From NCBI GenBank assembly GCA_903908245.1, contig CAIVRE010000009.1:677-64676 (forward strand): 64,000 bases of DNA, in the 5' to 3' direction. The notes under the pieces were generated by a model. It searched no databases. It saw only the letters and a program-made list of their open reading frames with translations, and was not told the origin of the DNA. Below, one piece after another: positions 1 through 11,700 of the stretch. Numbering within the stretch: the first letter of the stretch is position 1; each line of letters opens with the position of its first letter. Position numbers and translations under genes: made by a program. This DNA comes from Candidatus Omnitrophota bacterium. GTDB lineage: Bacteria; Omnitrophota; Gorgyraeia; Zapsychrales; Fredricksoniimonadaceae.

Positions 1-58
1 TAATGCCATTGAGAAGGAGCCCGTATTCAATAATGGTGTCTTTTAATTTACGATTCAT
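1..58 (-). CDS. 5' end of a probable phosphate ABC transporter permease (PstC-like), runs off the window edge
   Basis: Manual translation from ATG at 58 gives MNRKLKDTIIEYGLLLNGI..., the start of a hydrophobic N-terminus directly downstream of pstS. Identity is inferred from position. Confidence 0.45.
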   Translation of the reverse strand, partial: MNRKLKDTIIEYGLLLNGI

Positions 59-131
59 AATTTTAGCATGACGAGAATGTATTATACACAAAACGGGAAC
101 CCGAACAATTATCTGAGGGCATATTAGAAAA

Positions 132-163
132 TAAGGGCAGGCCGTAGCGCAAGCCTGCCCTTA
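132..163 (-). terminator. Stem-loop downstream of pstS (terminator or mRNA-stabilising hairpin)
   Basis: Inverted repeat TAAGGGCAGGC...GCCTGCCCTTA about 20 nt past the pstS stop. Confidence 0.6.
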
Positions 164-185
164 TCTGATACTTAATTATTAACGA

Positions 186-1055
186 TCACAGACCAAGAGC
201 AGCATTTGCATCCGCATACTCTTTCGGGATTTCATAAAAACCCTGCTCTTCAACGATCTTTTGACCTTCAGGGCTCAATTCGAACTGAATGAACTCCTTG
301 ACCATTCCGGACGGAGTCCCGCTGACATACTGGTACAAAGGACGGGCGATCGGGTACTTGCCAGACATGACCGAAGCTTTATCAGTCGGATTGACCGCGA
401 TACCGTCTTTCGTCATCTTGATCTCAAGCAAAGTAACACCGGTAGCTTCTTTGGCATAACCGATACCAATATACCCGATAGCGGAAGGATCCGCCTTGAC
501 CGCTTCCACGATCTGGGAATTGCCATTCATGGCATTCATCTTCGGAGAATAATCCCCCTTCAATACCATTTCCTGCATGAAAGAATAGGTACCGGAATTT
601 GACTGGCGGCCATAAAGGTTGATTGGCATATTCGAACCGCCGACCTCCGACCAGTTGGTGATCTTGCCGCGATAGATCGCGCCGACCTGGTCCTTGGTCA
701 ACTCTTTAATAGGATTACCGGAATTAACAACAATGGTGACCGCGTCATAGGCGATCACAATACGACTGGGATTCACCCCGTTCGCCACCGCCATATCAAC
801 TTCCTTGGCTGAGATCGCGCGGGAAGCGTCAGCAATATCGCAACGCTTGTTAATAAGCGCCGCAATGCCTGTCCCGGAACCGCCGCCGGTCACCGAGATC
901 TTAGCTCCCGGATTCTGTTGCATGAACACCTCGGCCTCTTTCTGAGCGAGGTTGATAATGGTATCCGACCCCTTAACCTGGATCATAGCCGCGGAAGCGA
1001 TACCCGCGAAAGACATCCCTGCCAACACCAAACCGACAACTTTCAACACTTTCAT
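186..1055 (-). CDS. pstS: Phosphate ABC transporter substrate-binding protein
   Basis: Signal peptide, GSDT, GGGSGTGIAAL, ASR, GRQSNSGT and YPIARPLY motifs of the PstS/PBP2 phosphate-binding family. RBS AAGGAG. Confidence 0.92.
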   Translation of the reverse strand: MKVLKVVGLVLAGMSFAGIASAAMIQVKGSDTIINLAQKEAEVFMQQNPGAKISVTGGGSGTGIAALINKRCDIADASRAISAKEVDMAVANGVNPSRIVIAYDAVTIVVNSGNPIKELTKDQVGAIYRGKITNWSEVGGSNMPINLYGRQSNSGTYSFMQEMVLKGDYSPKMNAMNGNSQIVEAVKADPSAIGYIGIGYAKEATGVTLLEIKMTKDGIAVNPTDKASVMSGKYPIARPLYQYVSGTPSGMVKEFIQFELSPEGQKIVEEQGFYEIPKEYADANAALGL

Positions 1056-1130
1056 ATATTCTCCTTAATGTTGTTTTAAAATACCTGCCGGAGCGGCCTC
1101 TCAGGGCCGCCCCATGCAGAAAAGAACGAT

Positions 1131-2405
1131 TTAGAACTTCAAGTTCCAGTCAACCTGCAGAACCTGCTGCGGATTGGTAGTCGTTAACCCGGTGGGATAG
1201 GTCAATGACTGAGCATAATAATAATCCAGGGCAAGGCTCGTATTCTTGCCGAGGCCATACTCCAGAATCCCTTCCCAGCTCTTCATGTTCGTCTTGCCAT
1301 TGTAACGATCTGAATCCGGAAAGTTGTCCAGGAACGCATCCCGGCCGAGACGGGCATAGATCAACTTGCCCTGCCACTGCCCTTTTGCCCCAACCTTCTT
1401 GTCGCCGAACTTAAAGCCGGCATCCCAACCATCACGGCCACTATTACCTTTGGCCATGCTGGTGTTACAGATATAGTCTCCGGAAAGAGCGATGTACGGC
1501 AGGAACGTATCCCCAAACAGATTATTGAAAGACAACTCCGCGCTGGGGTTTACAGCATTATAGTTATAAACATATTTACCACCGACGATCGTATTGGTGC
1601 TTTTCGTCGAAGCAAAAGTCGCACGATTCCCGATATTATTATTTTGATAATACGTTACGGCAGCATTCAGCCCTATCGCATCGGAGACTGCCAGATTAAA
1701 ACCTGGCTGAACTGCCAGCATAAGAGGATCAGAATAATCTGCAGTACGACTCTCATACATCACAAACAACATGCTGTTCATGTAAGCGTCAATCCCCGGG
1801 GCTACGCTATAATTCAACTGCGCTGCCAAGCCATCGGGATTAAGATCGGTATCCCAAATCATATCATTGGGCTGCCAAAGAGGATTTTTGAATTTACCAG
1901 CTGTTAATGTCACTTCAGGAACAGGCTTATATTGACCATAAGCATAATCCAGATCCAGAGCAGAAGTTCCTCCAGGAACATTCGCGGTGCCAGAGCTGCC
2001 CCACGTTGAGTTAGTGGAACGAGGATCCCCGGTATTTCCAGAAGCGATCCCAACTCCAACCATCATCTGGTCATTAGGCTTGGCCTCAAGCCCTAACCTC
2101 ATGCGTAAACGTCCACGGTTCTCGTTCTTTTGGTTCTTATCAACATCCAATTGATAGCGGGCACGCATATCACCCTTGAGCTTGACAGTCTGCACCCAAC
2201 TCGGTACTGCATCATTAGTCCCCTTGGCATTCTGCTTGGCAACATCCTGCTTGGTTTCATCCAAAAGGATCTGAGCTTCATTCGGTGATAAAATACCTTT
2301 CTCTACCAACTTCTGAACAAGGAGATCGGTCTCCCCTGCTCGCGCCAGCCCGGGACATGCCACCAGGCATACCGCTGTGATGATCAAAAAAACCTTTCTC
2401 AACAT
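1131..2405 (-). CDS. Putative outer-membrane porin (Porin_5-like), probably phosphate-starvation induced
   Basis: Signal peptide, N-terminal LVEKGILS helical segment, KLKGDMRARY, RLRMRLG, alternating beta-strands and C-terminal Phe (LQVDWNLKF). Lies directly upstream of pstS. Confidence 0.8.
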   Translation of the reverse strand: MLRKVFLIITAVCLVACPGLARAGETDLLVQKLVEKGILSPNEAQILLDETKQDVAKQNAKGTNDAVPSWVQTVKLKGDMRARYQLDVDKNQKNENRGRLRMRLGLEAKPNDQMMVGVGIASGNTGDPRSTNSTWGSSGTANVPGGTSALDLDYAYGQYKPVPEVTLTAGKFKNPLWQPNDMIWDTDLNPDGLAAQLNYSVAPGIDAYMNSMLFVMYESRTADYSDPLMLAVQPGFNLAVSDAIGLNAAVTYYQNNNIGNRATFASTKSTNTIVGGKYVYNYNAVNPSAELSFNNLFGDTFLPYIALSGDYICNTSMAKGNSGRDGWDAGFKFGDKKVGAKGQWQGKLIYARLGRDAFLDNFPDSDRYNGKTNMKSWEGILEYGLGKNTSLALDYYYAQSLTYPTGLTTTNPQQVLQVDWNLKF

Positions 2406-2441
2406 ACTACCTCCCTTGTTTTTGGTTTATTAATTAGCGTA

Positions 2442-2485
2442 AGTGTAACGATTGATTATTAAGGCAATATTAAGGAAAGATTAAG
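2442..2485 (-). promoter_or_regulatory. Pho-box-like promoter of the porin-pstS unit
   Basis: ATTAAG at 2458, 2469 and 2480 (exact 11-bp period; CTTAAT on the minus strand) and a -10-like TACACT at 2442-2447. Confidence 0.7.
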
Positions 2486-2506
2486 TGATCATAAACGAAA
2501 CAAATG

Positions 2507-2689
2507 TTACCGACGATCCATTAACGTAAGGTCGATCCGGATAAGATCAAGATCGGGAGAATAACGATGACCCTCTGTGCGCGAGCGATCTGTCACGCGA
2601 TCAATGGACCGATTAAAATGCCTTGTCGAGACCATCTCGCGTTCGAAAAACCTGTTGATCCTGCTTTTGATCGTTCTGTTTGTCTCCAT
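2507..2689 (-). CDS. Small Arg-rich hypothetical protein (60 aa)
   Basis: Perfect RBS AGGAGG shortly before the ATG, fills the intergenic gap, and has its own 11-bp-repeat promoter. Confidence 0.6.
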   Translation of the reverse strand: METNRTIKSRINRFFEREMVSTRHFNRSIDRVTDRSRTEGHRYSPDLDLIRIDLTLMDRR

Positions 2690-2721
2690 AAGTGCCTCCT
2701 TTCTGGATTAAGTTTAATCAC

Positions 2722-2765
2722 AAGATATAAAATGCGTGTGAAGGCGGCGTGAAGTGTTTATTAAG
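2722..2765 (-). promoter_or_regulatory. Second Pho-box-like promoter
   Basis: GTGAAG (2738), GTGAAG (2749) and ATTAAG (2760) at an 11-bp period, with -10-like TATCTT at 2722-2727 at the same offset as in the porin promoter. Confidence 0.55.
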
Positions 2766-2780
2766 GAGAATACGCCCTGT

Positions 2781-5700
2781 TCAGGGTGTAACAAAAAAAG
2801 CCGAAAACTCAACAGGATCCATAAATGGCTGCAGGCTGATGATCTGGATGTCGAACCCCCGGAATAACTGAAGAGCCTGGGATGCGCGCATCGGCGAGAG
2901 ATGATCCAGGTCCCCGGAGACCCCATGATCCGGCTCAAAACGGATCTTGCGGGCCGTATCCGAAAGATCAACGCCGCCATTCTCGTTTTGCGCGGCATTA
3001 TCCTGCGATGGATTATTGATCATTGCCAACCGTGAAAGGATCTGCTTGCGCAACGGGGTCATCCTAAAATTCTTTCTGGCGGAGATCTGACCGTATAAAC
3101 TTCTAAGCTGCTTCATATATACTGCGGGGTCAATAAATTCTTTTGCAGCACGCAATACTTCGATCTTCTTTTGGATCGCCTCAACCTCGGTTGCATACTG
3201 AAGATATTGCTGCGCCAGACCCGCGAGGACCGGGTCGCTTTCGGATGCCCGCCCGGAAACTTTCTTCGCAAACTCTTCTGTCCGCACAAAAACCTGACTA
3301 TTGACCTTTCGGATCTGTTTCCTGTGCATTTCAGGGATACTGGCCCCTTTTTCACCGCGTAATCCCTCGGCCATCTTTGTCAACACCCCGATCTCCGTCG
3401 CATATTCAGAATATTCTTGTGTCAGGCCCGAAACGACCGGATCATCCTTTGATCCCTGCCCCGCCGGAAGTTCTTCCTCCTGTTCAGACACCTTCACTTC
3501 CCCTCCCTGCGGCACACTCTCTGCCACAACAATGGGCTCTGCATTAGGGCCCACAACTTCCAATATCGGTCGTTTTTCGGGCAACGGCACCCCCGACAAC
3601 CATGGAAGGGACGTGGGGGATCCCCCCGCACCCAGGCCCAACAACCTGTTAACGGCCTCCACGTCCTGCGTTCCATTAATATGGATCAGCAATGCATCCC
3701 CCGGGTACGGCAGGGCAGCGTTAACCGTAAGGCTGTCCGGCACATTGCGCCTCTTGGCCTGGGAAAGCATTAGATAGAACGACCGGAAAAGATCAAAGGC
3801 GTCTGCCCTCTCACCCTCCTCATAATTATTTTGAATATCTGCCCATTCAGTCCGGATCTCGGGATAATCCTTGCTGATCTCACTTTCAGGTTTTACAAAA
3901 ACATTAAGGATATCATTAGTAAAATTAAGATACTTGAGCTGGCCGGCCAAACCCGTCTTTTTACCCAGTTGATCCAACAGATCGGTCACGGTCGCCACAA
4001 CCCTTGGCCCAAGGATCATAACGCCCGTTAATGCCGGGAACTGCTTCAACGTGTTATTCTTCAGATCATATTTCTCACGCAAATACTGTAATATTTTGCT
4101 GGGATGCACACTTTTCTCTTGATTTTCCTGCAACCGCCCAATATCCAGCTTCTCCAGGATCTCCCTGACGGGAGGCCGTGTCCGGGTAACATCAATATTA
4201 AGAAGGCCAAGGCCCTTTAACGCCTGCCCATCCACCCAATTGCCCAATAATCCGATATCCGTGCCCTCGAATCCCTGCATGGGGCCGAAATAGGCATCGC
4301 GGCTATAGATCAAAATGTGCCCGCCCCGTTCCGCCCCATGGCCAGGCCGCACCGGCTGCGAGGACGACTCGGAACACGGCCCGTTCATACACGCAGAAGT
4401 GCGATAACCGTTGATGACAGACCAGTCCAGGACACTGTCACTGCGCAACTCCCGGCTGCCGGCAAAAACAAACATCACTTTCAGATCACTCCACGGGATA
4501 CCCTTCAGATACGGATACCTGTCTGTAAAATCACTGTCCTGCAATCGGCTTTGAACAAACTGCACGGCCTCCAAATACGCATTCCCGCTTCCCTTTAATT
4601 GCGCAGGCAATACTTCAACCGGGACATCTTCCCTGAAAATACTTCCGCGACGGGAATCAACATACTGCTTAAGGCTGTCAACATCATCCGCATCCGGGTT
4701 CTCGGGAAGGATAACAAGCATGTCAATGCTTCTTTCATTCTCCGGCGCGATCTCCCAGCGCAGCTTCTTCATCCCGTCTTTCACGGCCAACTGAACACTA
4801 TTCTCATCGGAGCTGTTTAGCACACCAGCCGCAACCGATGCCCCCAACCTTCCACGCAGATCGGATACAAGTTTGTCGGTAACGCTCTTCATGGTCTTGC
4901 TCCACGACATTTGCATGATATTCGCATGCGGCACCCAGAAAATACCCATGCTGATCGCAACCGCCGCAATCCCTGCCAGAGATAACCCCATTGTCCCGGT
5001 CACACCGAACAAGACCATCACACCAAAGATCGTAAACCCGAAAGGCACTGAAAACAGCCGCAACCGGCTTATAAAACTGCGCATTTTATGATTATTCCGT
5101 GCCGTCAGCGACCCAAGGGAAGTTAAATTACTGGCATTCTTTATAACAGCCGACAATACACTTTTGCTCTGTTGCTCAATGTCCCCCGGATCCCCATAAA
5201 AAGACGGCATCAGGGTGTTGCCCTGCCGCAACAGGTCTGGCACCTCTTTCTTGATCTGTCGTTCAGACCTGGTCAACTGATAACTGTATAAAAGAGCCCA
5301 CCGCATAAATGGATAGATCTTGAAGCGCTCGGCCCAATGATCGTCCGCAAATTTATAATTCATTACTTTGTCTATGATCCCCCGATACTCCAGGATCCGC
5401 AAATACGTGGTGACATATTCCATCATTCGCGCCAGCGTCTCCGCATCGCCCAATAATTTCTGCTTCTGGTAATCATCCAAAGACGCATCATCCCTTTGAA
5501 GAAGATCATTCATGGCATTGATCGTGTCAATGGCCAGCAGATTAAAATGGCTCAACACCACCTGGTATCGTTCATTGAGGATCGGGTCGGACCCCTGCCT
5601 CAACATCAGTTCGGGAGTATACGGAGTCTTGCGAAGGATATCAAAAGCGCTGTTGAGAATAGCGTTAAGATCACTTAAAACAGCCTGCGGGCCTGGCTGA

Positions 5701-8700
5701 ACATGCCTCCATTGGGACACAAGAGTTCTCCAGCTCTGTAACGGCTTGATGACCGCCTCGTCAAGGCCCCTGTTCGGAATGATGACCACATCCGACGACA
5801 ATCCCTGGATATTAACCTTTCCATTCCCGTTGCCGCTTTCTGCAGCAAATTCCTGACGCAGCTCGCGGATCATGTCGCCGGTCTTGGCCATTTTTCTTAG
5901 GATATCTTTACGGATCTTCTTCGCGCCAACCCAGAAAAGAAGACCGCCGACCAGCGCCAGAACAAGTTGTGACGCCACGGTAAGCCTTGGAAAACCCTGA
6001 TCATTGCCGCTGATAACTCCGGAAAATTTATCCCTCAACCCGACAATGTCCCTGACCATATTGTTCGTTGTTTTATCTCCACGGGCACTTAACTGATCCA
6101 GATATTCATTCACTTCCTGCGGATCATTTGCAGATCCGATCCTTTGCTTTAACTCACGGATCAGGGCCTGTTCACGGGGCGTATAGGCTGCCTGGCCCGA
6201 TAACCAACGCATCTGATGATTTGCCCTCTCGGCGATCAGGTCCAACGCCAGACGCGTTGCTTCCACCTTGATCTGCTGCATACGAGGAGCCTCACCTCGC
6301 GGGTCGCTCGCCGCATGCAGTTCCGGCAGAGTATACGTTCCGAGACGGACGTTCAAAAGCCCTTTCTCACCGACGCGATCCGCCATCTTTTCCATGGCAT
6401 GCCTGTAAACATCATTAGAAGCCGGATTATCAACGGCCTGCACATCCGCACGCAAAATATCGACCCAATGACGGCTGTCCACCAGGTCTAAAAGCCCTTT
6501 ATCATTTGAACCGGCATAAACCTGCAACGCCATCATCCGTCCGAGAGCGGTCGTCATCAAACGGTCCAGGGCCATACCCCTCAGCGATGTCTGTGATCGA
6601 AGGATACGTGCGAGCTCGGGGATATTATTCGTCCGGGCGATCTGCCTCTTCTGATCCTCCAGGTTAAGTCCATTAAAATACGCCAACGACGACGTCCCCT
6701 GCCCCCCTGCCGCCGTAATGCCGCTTAAAAATGGATCCAACCCTGTTGCCGCACGACCATTCAATGAAACGAGTGTTCCCGCGGCGATCTTCGCCCTTTC
6801 GTATAATGCCGGTGCAATAAAATCCTTCATCTCTCTCCATCTTGGAGAAGTCATTAAAAACCGGCGGTCAGCGGAACTCCATTCCCGCAGCATCACCAAG
6901 GCACGAAGGTCCTTGTCAAAAACAACCGACGAAAGATTGGCGAATGGCCCGGGGTAAAAAACATCTTCCATATTGCCCAAAGCCTCGCGCCTCAGGATCT
7001 CGTCATAGATCAGGACGGCCAGGCCTTGCGGTACCGATCCCGCCTGGCCTTTAAGGGTGTTATAAGTTTGCGCCAACTGATCCGATGTCCAGTAATCACT
7101 CTGCAACAAGCGCGACCTGGCAACGGAATCTTCCGGCGCCCAGGAGAGGAAAGCCAACAAGGCACGACGGCCCGCACCTGACTGACCCTGTCCGGCCAAT
7201 TGCCCAACAGCACCGGGATCCTGGATGAGGATATCACTTAACATTTCAAAACCAACCCCTGCGACACCAGGTTTTCGCTGATCAATGGCCTTCTCGATCA
7301 CCTGCGTCAGGAACCGCACATCATGACCGTCCCGGTTGACCGCGAACTGCAAAAGATTTACCACCACTTCAGAGTAGGGCGAATTAAGAACGGCCTGTTC
7401 AATGCCGGACAGAGATCTCCGGTCATTCGAAAGCTCCTCTGTCAGGAGCTTCATCGCCTCTGCCCGGGCCCTGATATTGGAGTCCTGTGTCAGGATCCCT
7501 ACGGCGATATCGATCTGAGCTTGCCGTGGATCTCCGGCTTCCGGGTTACTCATCAAAGCCCATAAATTCGATCCGCTCTTCCCGTCCGAAACCCCCGGTA
7601 CGGGGTAGATCACTGCTCCGGCGGATAATACCCCGGGATCCTGACGCTTTGAATTCAGCCCCTGCTGCCCTGGACCGAAGCCGGACAGATCAAGGGTCAA
7701 TTGCCCTTCTCCAATATCTCCCGCGAACACACTGCCACCGGCAACGGCTGAAACAAGCTGTGGGGCGAACGCAGCCGCTCTTGTCCTCGACGGCCTCACC
7801 AGAGACTGGTCCTGTTTCATTACCTGGATCCGCCCCAAACGGGCCTCAGCCTTGAAATATTCCGCTTTAAGGTCGATCAGCCGTTCAAAGGCCTTTGCCA
7901 TCCGCTGATGCTCGTCGACCAGTTGATCTTTCCTGTAAAGATCCGGCCGTCCGGCTTTCTCCTGCCACGCGTTCAAGGCAGCCTTATGCTCGGCCTCTCC
8001 CTGTTCGATCTGACGGCTCAAGTCCCTGATCTCCGACACGGCTTTAGTGAATGCCTCACCAAGCTCTGCCTTGACGGTATCCAAATGAAGCTGGACCTTC
8101 GCCCTTTCCAAAAGCACGATCTCCTTGCGCGCATCCCTGCCGGAATCAAAGATAGGAAGTTCAAAATGTAGCGCCCCGTTGCCTCCTGTTGTCAAAGAAC
8201 TTGTCCTCATCTTTGACCCGGGAGAAAGATCATACAACGGATTGACCGCCTGCCCCTGGGATCCGGAAATGAAGAGCCCCGTCAGGTCCGCTGTCGGCAA
8301 ATATTCCGACCCCTGCAACTTGATCGTTTCTTCCACGGCAGCCCGGGCAACCTGCGCCCCCCGCAGCCGGTAATTGGGGCTGCCCTCTCCTGTCAATTGG
8401 TGCCGCAAGGACTCCTGTTGATCAGCGGCAATCGCCAGGAATTCTCCATCCCACAATAATTTCGGGGAAATATCCTCCTGCAATCTTTCAGCGGGCCGGC
8501 CCAGCATCTGGTTAAGCTCGATCGTCGATTGTTTCTTCTTGTTCTGCCAGCTCAACAGCTGCGCACGGAATTCGCCGGTCTGCTGGGCCAGAACATTAAG
8601 GTCAGAGGTAGTAGCAAAACCTCCCGCCTCCCTGGCCTTAAGCCCTTTTTGCGCCTCTTCCAGATCGGCAACCAGCGCCTGAAGCTGAACAATATGCTGT

Positions 8701-11700
8701 TGGGCACGTCCGATCTCAACGAACAGGGCCGTTGCATCGTTGACCTGTCCGGCAACCGCATCTTCCATATGATGCTGGGCGATCTGGGTCATTTTTAACG
8801 CCAGCGCTTTCTCTTTTAATTTCTTCCCTGAAACGACATCCATGATCTCGCCGGCCACACTAAATACAATCGGAGAAGCCGCGGCAATAGCATTACCGGT
8901 CGAAACACCGGCCATGACATCGTCAAAAACACCATTAAGCCCGCCGCTGAACGCCAGCTTGCCATTGTTGTTCACAAAAACACCGGCCTGTAAAGCCAGG
9001 CGGGAACTCCCCGACAAACGCTCCGACGCCTTGCTCTTAAGAACATCAATGGTCAACTCACCATTAAGAAAATTGTTCCCTGAGACCCGTGCAACCACCT
9101 CCGTAATATTCAAGTTCGCCGCGGGTTGAACAGGCAACCGCAGGAGAGCCTCCCCCATCTGCACAGGCAAAGGTTTAACCCCGGCCTCAGACGATCGAAA
9201 GACCAGCCGCGGATCCATTTGAGCCAGAACACCGTCTTGCTGTCTTGCAGTATTGATCCGGTCCTGTTCCGACTTCCCCAACGCTGCCAGAATAACGGGG
9301 CTTTCCGCCTCTGTCGGCACAATAATCTGAACCGGCAGGTTGACCCACAAAACGCCGTTCCTGTCTCCATCTACGATGACCGCGACAGCCTTGACAGGCC
9401 CGAGATCGATTTCCCGTCCCACAGGGGCCTCATTGACAGCAGATACCCTTCCCGCCAGGCGTTCACCGGACGGCGCCTGAACAAGAACGGGGTCTCCAAT
9501 TCCGAGCTTCACATCCTTCGGCAACAAGATAGCCGTATTCATATCATTAATATCACCGACCGTAACACGGCCTGTTCTTACCCTCAGAAGTTCGTCCCCT
9601 TTGGAGAATGATGACGAATGTTCCGAAAGGATCCCTGTAACAACGCCGCTTTCCGTCGCCACGACCCGAAGGCGGGATATCTGCCCCTGAAGCGTCAATA
9701 TCTGCGCCCGTAACGACGCCCTTCTGGCCTCTAACTCCGCCTCCTGGCCGCGAAGAGTATGCCGGACACCCGACCCATCCGGCCCGGCTTGCGCAAGCTG
9801 AGCCTGAATGCTGTTAAAAGCCTTGACCGCACCGCGATATTCCTCAAAGTATGATCCCTCCACAACCTCGGCGACTACCTGACCGGCCTCAACCCTGTCC
9901 CCCTCTTTAACAAAAAATTTTACAGGTCCGCGCGCGGGAGCTACCATGACCCGCTCTTCCAGCTTACGGACCATCGCAAGTGTCTGCGCCTGTCCACGAA
10001 CAGCATCAAAATTGGCCTGCGTCTTCAGCGGCGGAAATATTTCAGCCTCCACCTGAACCGTACTGTTCGGCGGGATCATCGAAGAAGTTGTAACAAGGAA
10101 CGAAACGATCGCCCCGGTCTTTTTCGGATTGAGCTGCCAATCAACGCTCACAATATTCTTGACCGGCTGGCCATCGATCCTGAAATTACGGATACGGCCA
10201 AAATATGTCTGAGTCACCGGGATCTCGATATTCAAACGAGCCCTTTGTCCGTAATAGTAACTGACGATATCCACACCCTTGTTCACCGTCATTCCATTAG
10301 CCACCAGAACCTCTTTAATGGAAAGGTCACACGGGGCTTTAACGGCTTCAACAGAACCCTTCTGATCAGCCTGGGCCAACTGCCTGCGAAGCTCATTGAT
10401 CCTTTCTTCCACCGGGGTGAGCTCTGCGACCGTCGCCCCGCCTTGAGCCTGCAGTCCCTTCAAAACCCTGTAGGTCCCTTCTTCGATAACCAACCGCCTG
10501 GCCAATCCTTCCCGTTGCTGCACTCTCTCAGGATCGATCAACGAAAAGATAATGTCTCCCTGCTTGTACTGTCCCTTGCTCTGGTCAAGGCCAAGGACAA
10601 TACCGCCAACCTGGGCCGTCAAACCAGCCTCGTCAAGGACAAGAGGGGTCTTCGCCGAGATCACATACGGCTTCACAAAGGCCATTTCTGCCTCGACCAT
10701 CTTGGCCACTCCGGCATCGGCATACTTTTGATCCGCAACACGGATAGCGGGTGACACCTCGACTGCGGGAGGATATTTGATCGGGACAGCCTTGGAGCTT
10801 GCCTCAGGAGCCGGAACAGCGGCAGGCACGAACAGTTTCTTGACGATCGTTCCATCCGATCGAGGATGAACATCGTGTTTTTCAACATTGTTCCCGCCAG
10901 GAAGGCCATATGACACAAAAGTGCCGGCCGGAAAGATCGTATAAATACCCTTACCTCCCTCATAACCTACCAGCAGCTTCGTGCTTTTCGTCAACGGGAT
11001 AAATCCCTGGATGTCAAGGTCCGCAACGATCGTCTCTTCTCCGGTCTCCCTGTTTATAAGAGTACCCGAAGCAACCGATCGCGTTTTGGTTCCCTGATGA
11101 AGTTCTGCATCCTGTCCTGGCTGCTCCAACACGATCGGTGTCACGCGCTCAACAATGGCGGGATGCGCCGGCCCAGGCAATGGATCATTACCGGTTATTG
11201 TACACCCGGAAGAAGTACACAATCCAGCCGACGCGGCGAGAACCAACAATAACTTTCTTGATACACCCTTTGGAAGCAAAGAGAACTTTAAACGAAAGAA
11301 ATTGCTGACCGGCAGGACTGTTTTACCAGAGAAGAACGAAACAGGCCGGAACTGGATCTTTTGCGCTGCATCTTCGAATGAAAACCCACCCGAAAAATAC
11401 CGCCTGGGCACTGCCTCCTGCTGACCGGGGTCATACTCCTCCCGGATCATGTCGTAAGCGCCCTGCTTGAGCGCCAGCATATACTGTTCATAGATACGCT
11501 GACTTGCGCCCCTGTCTTTTGTATCAATACCCGCTATTTTCTTCCGGCCAGCGTATATTTGATTAACAATATTGCTCTTAAGCTGGCGCTTGAACCAGAT
11601 CGCCAGTATCAATGCGTGATACATTTGACGCAACTGGGCGAACTGCGGGCCATCGTTCACTTCCCGTTCGATCTCCGGGATAATGATCTCGCGTGTGATC

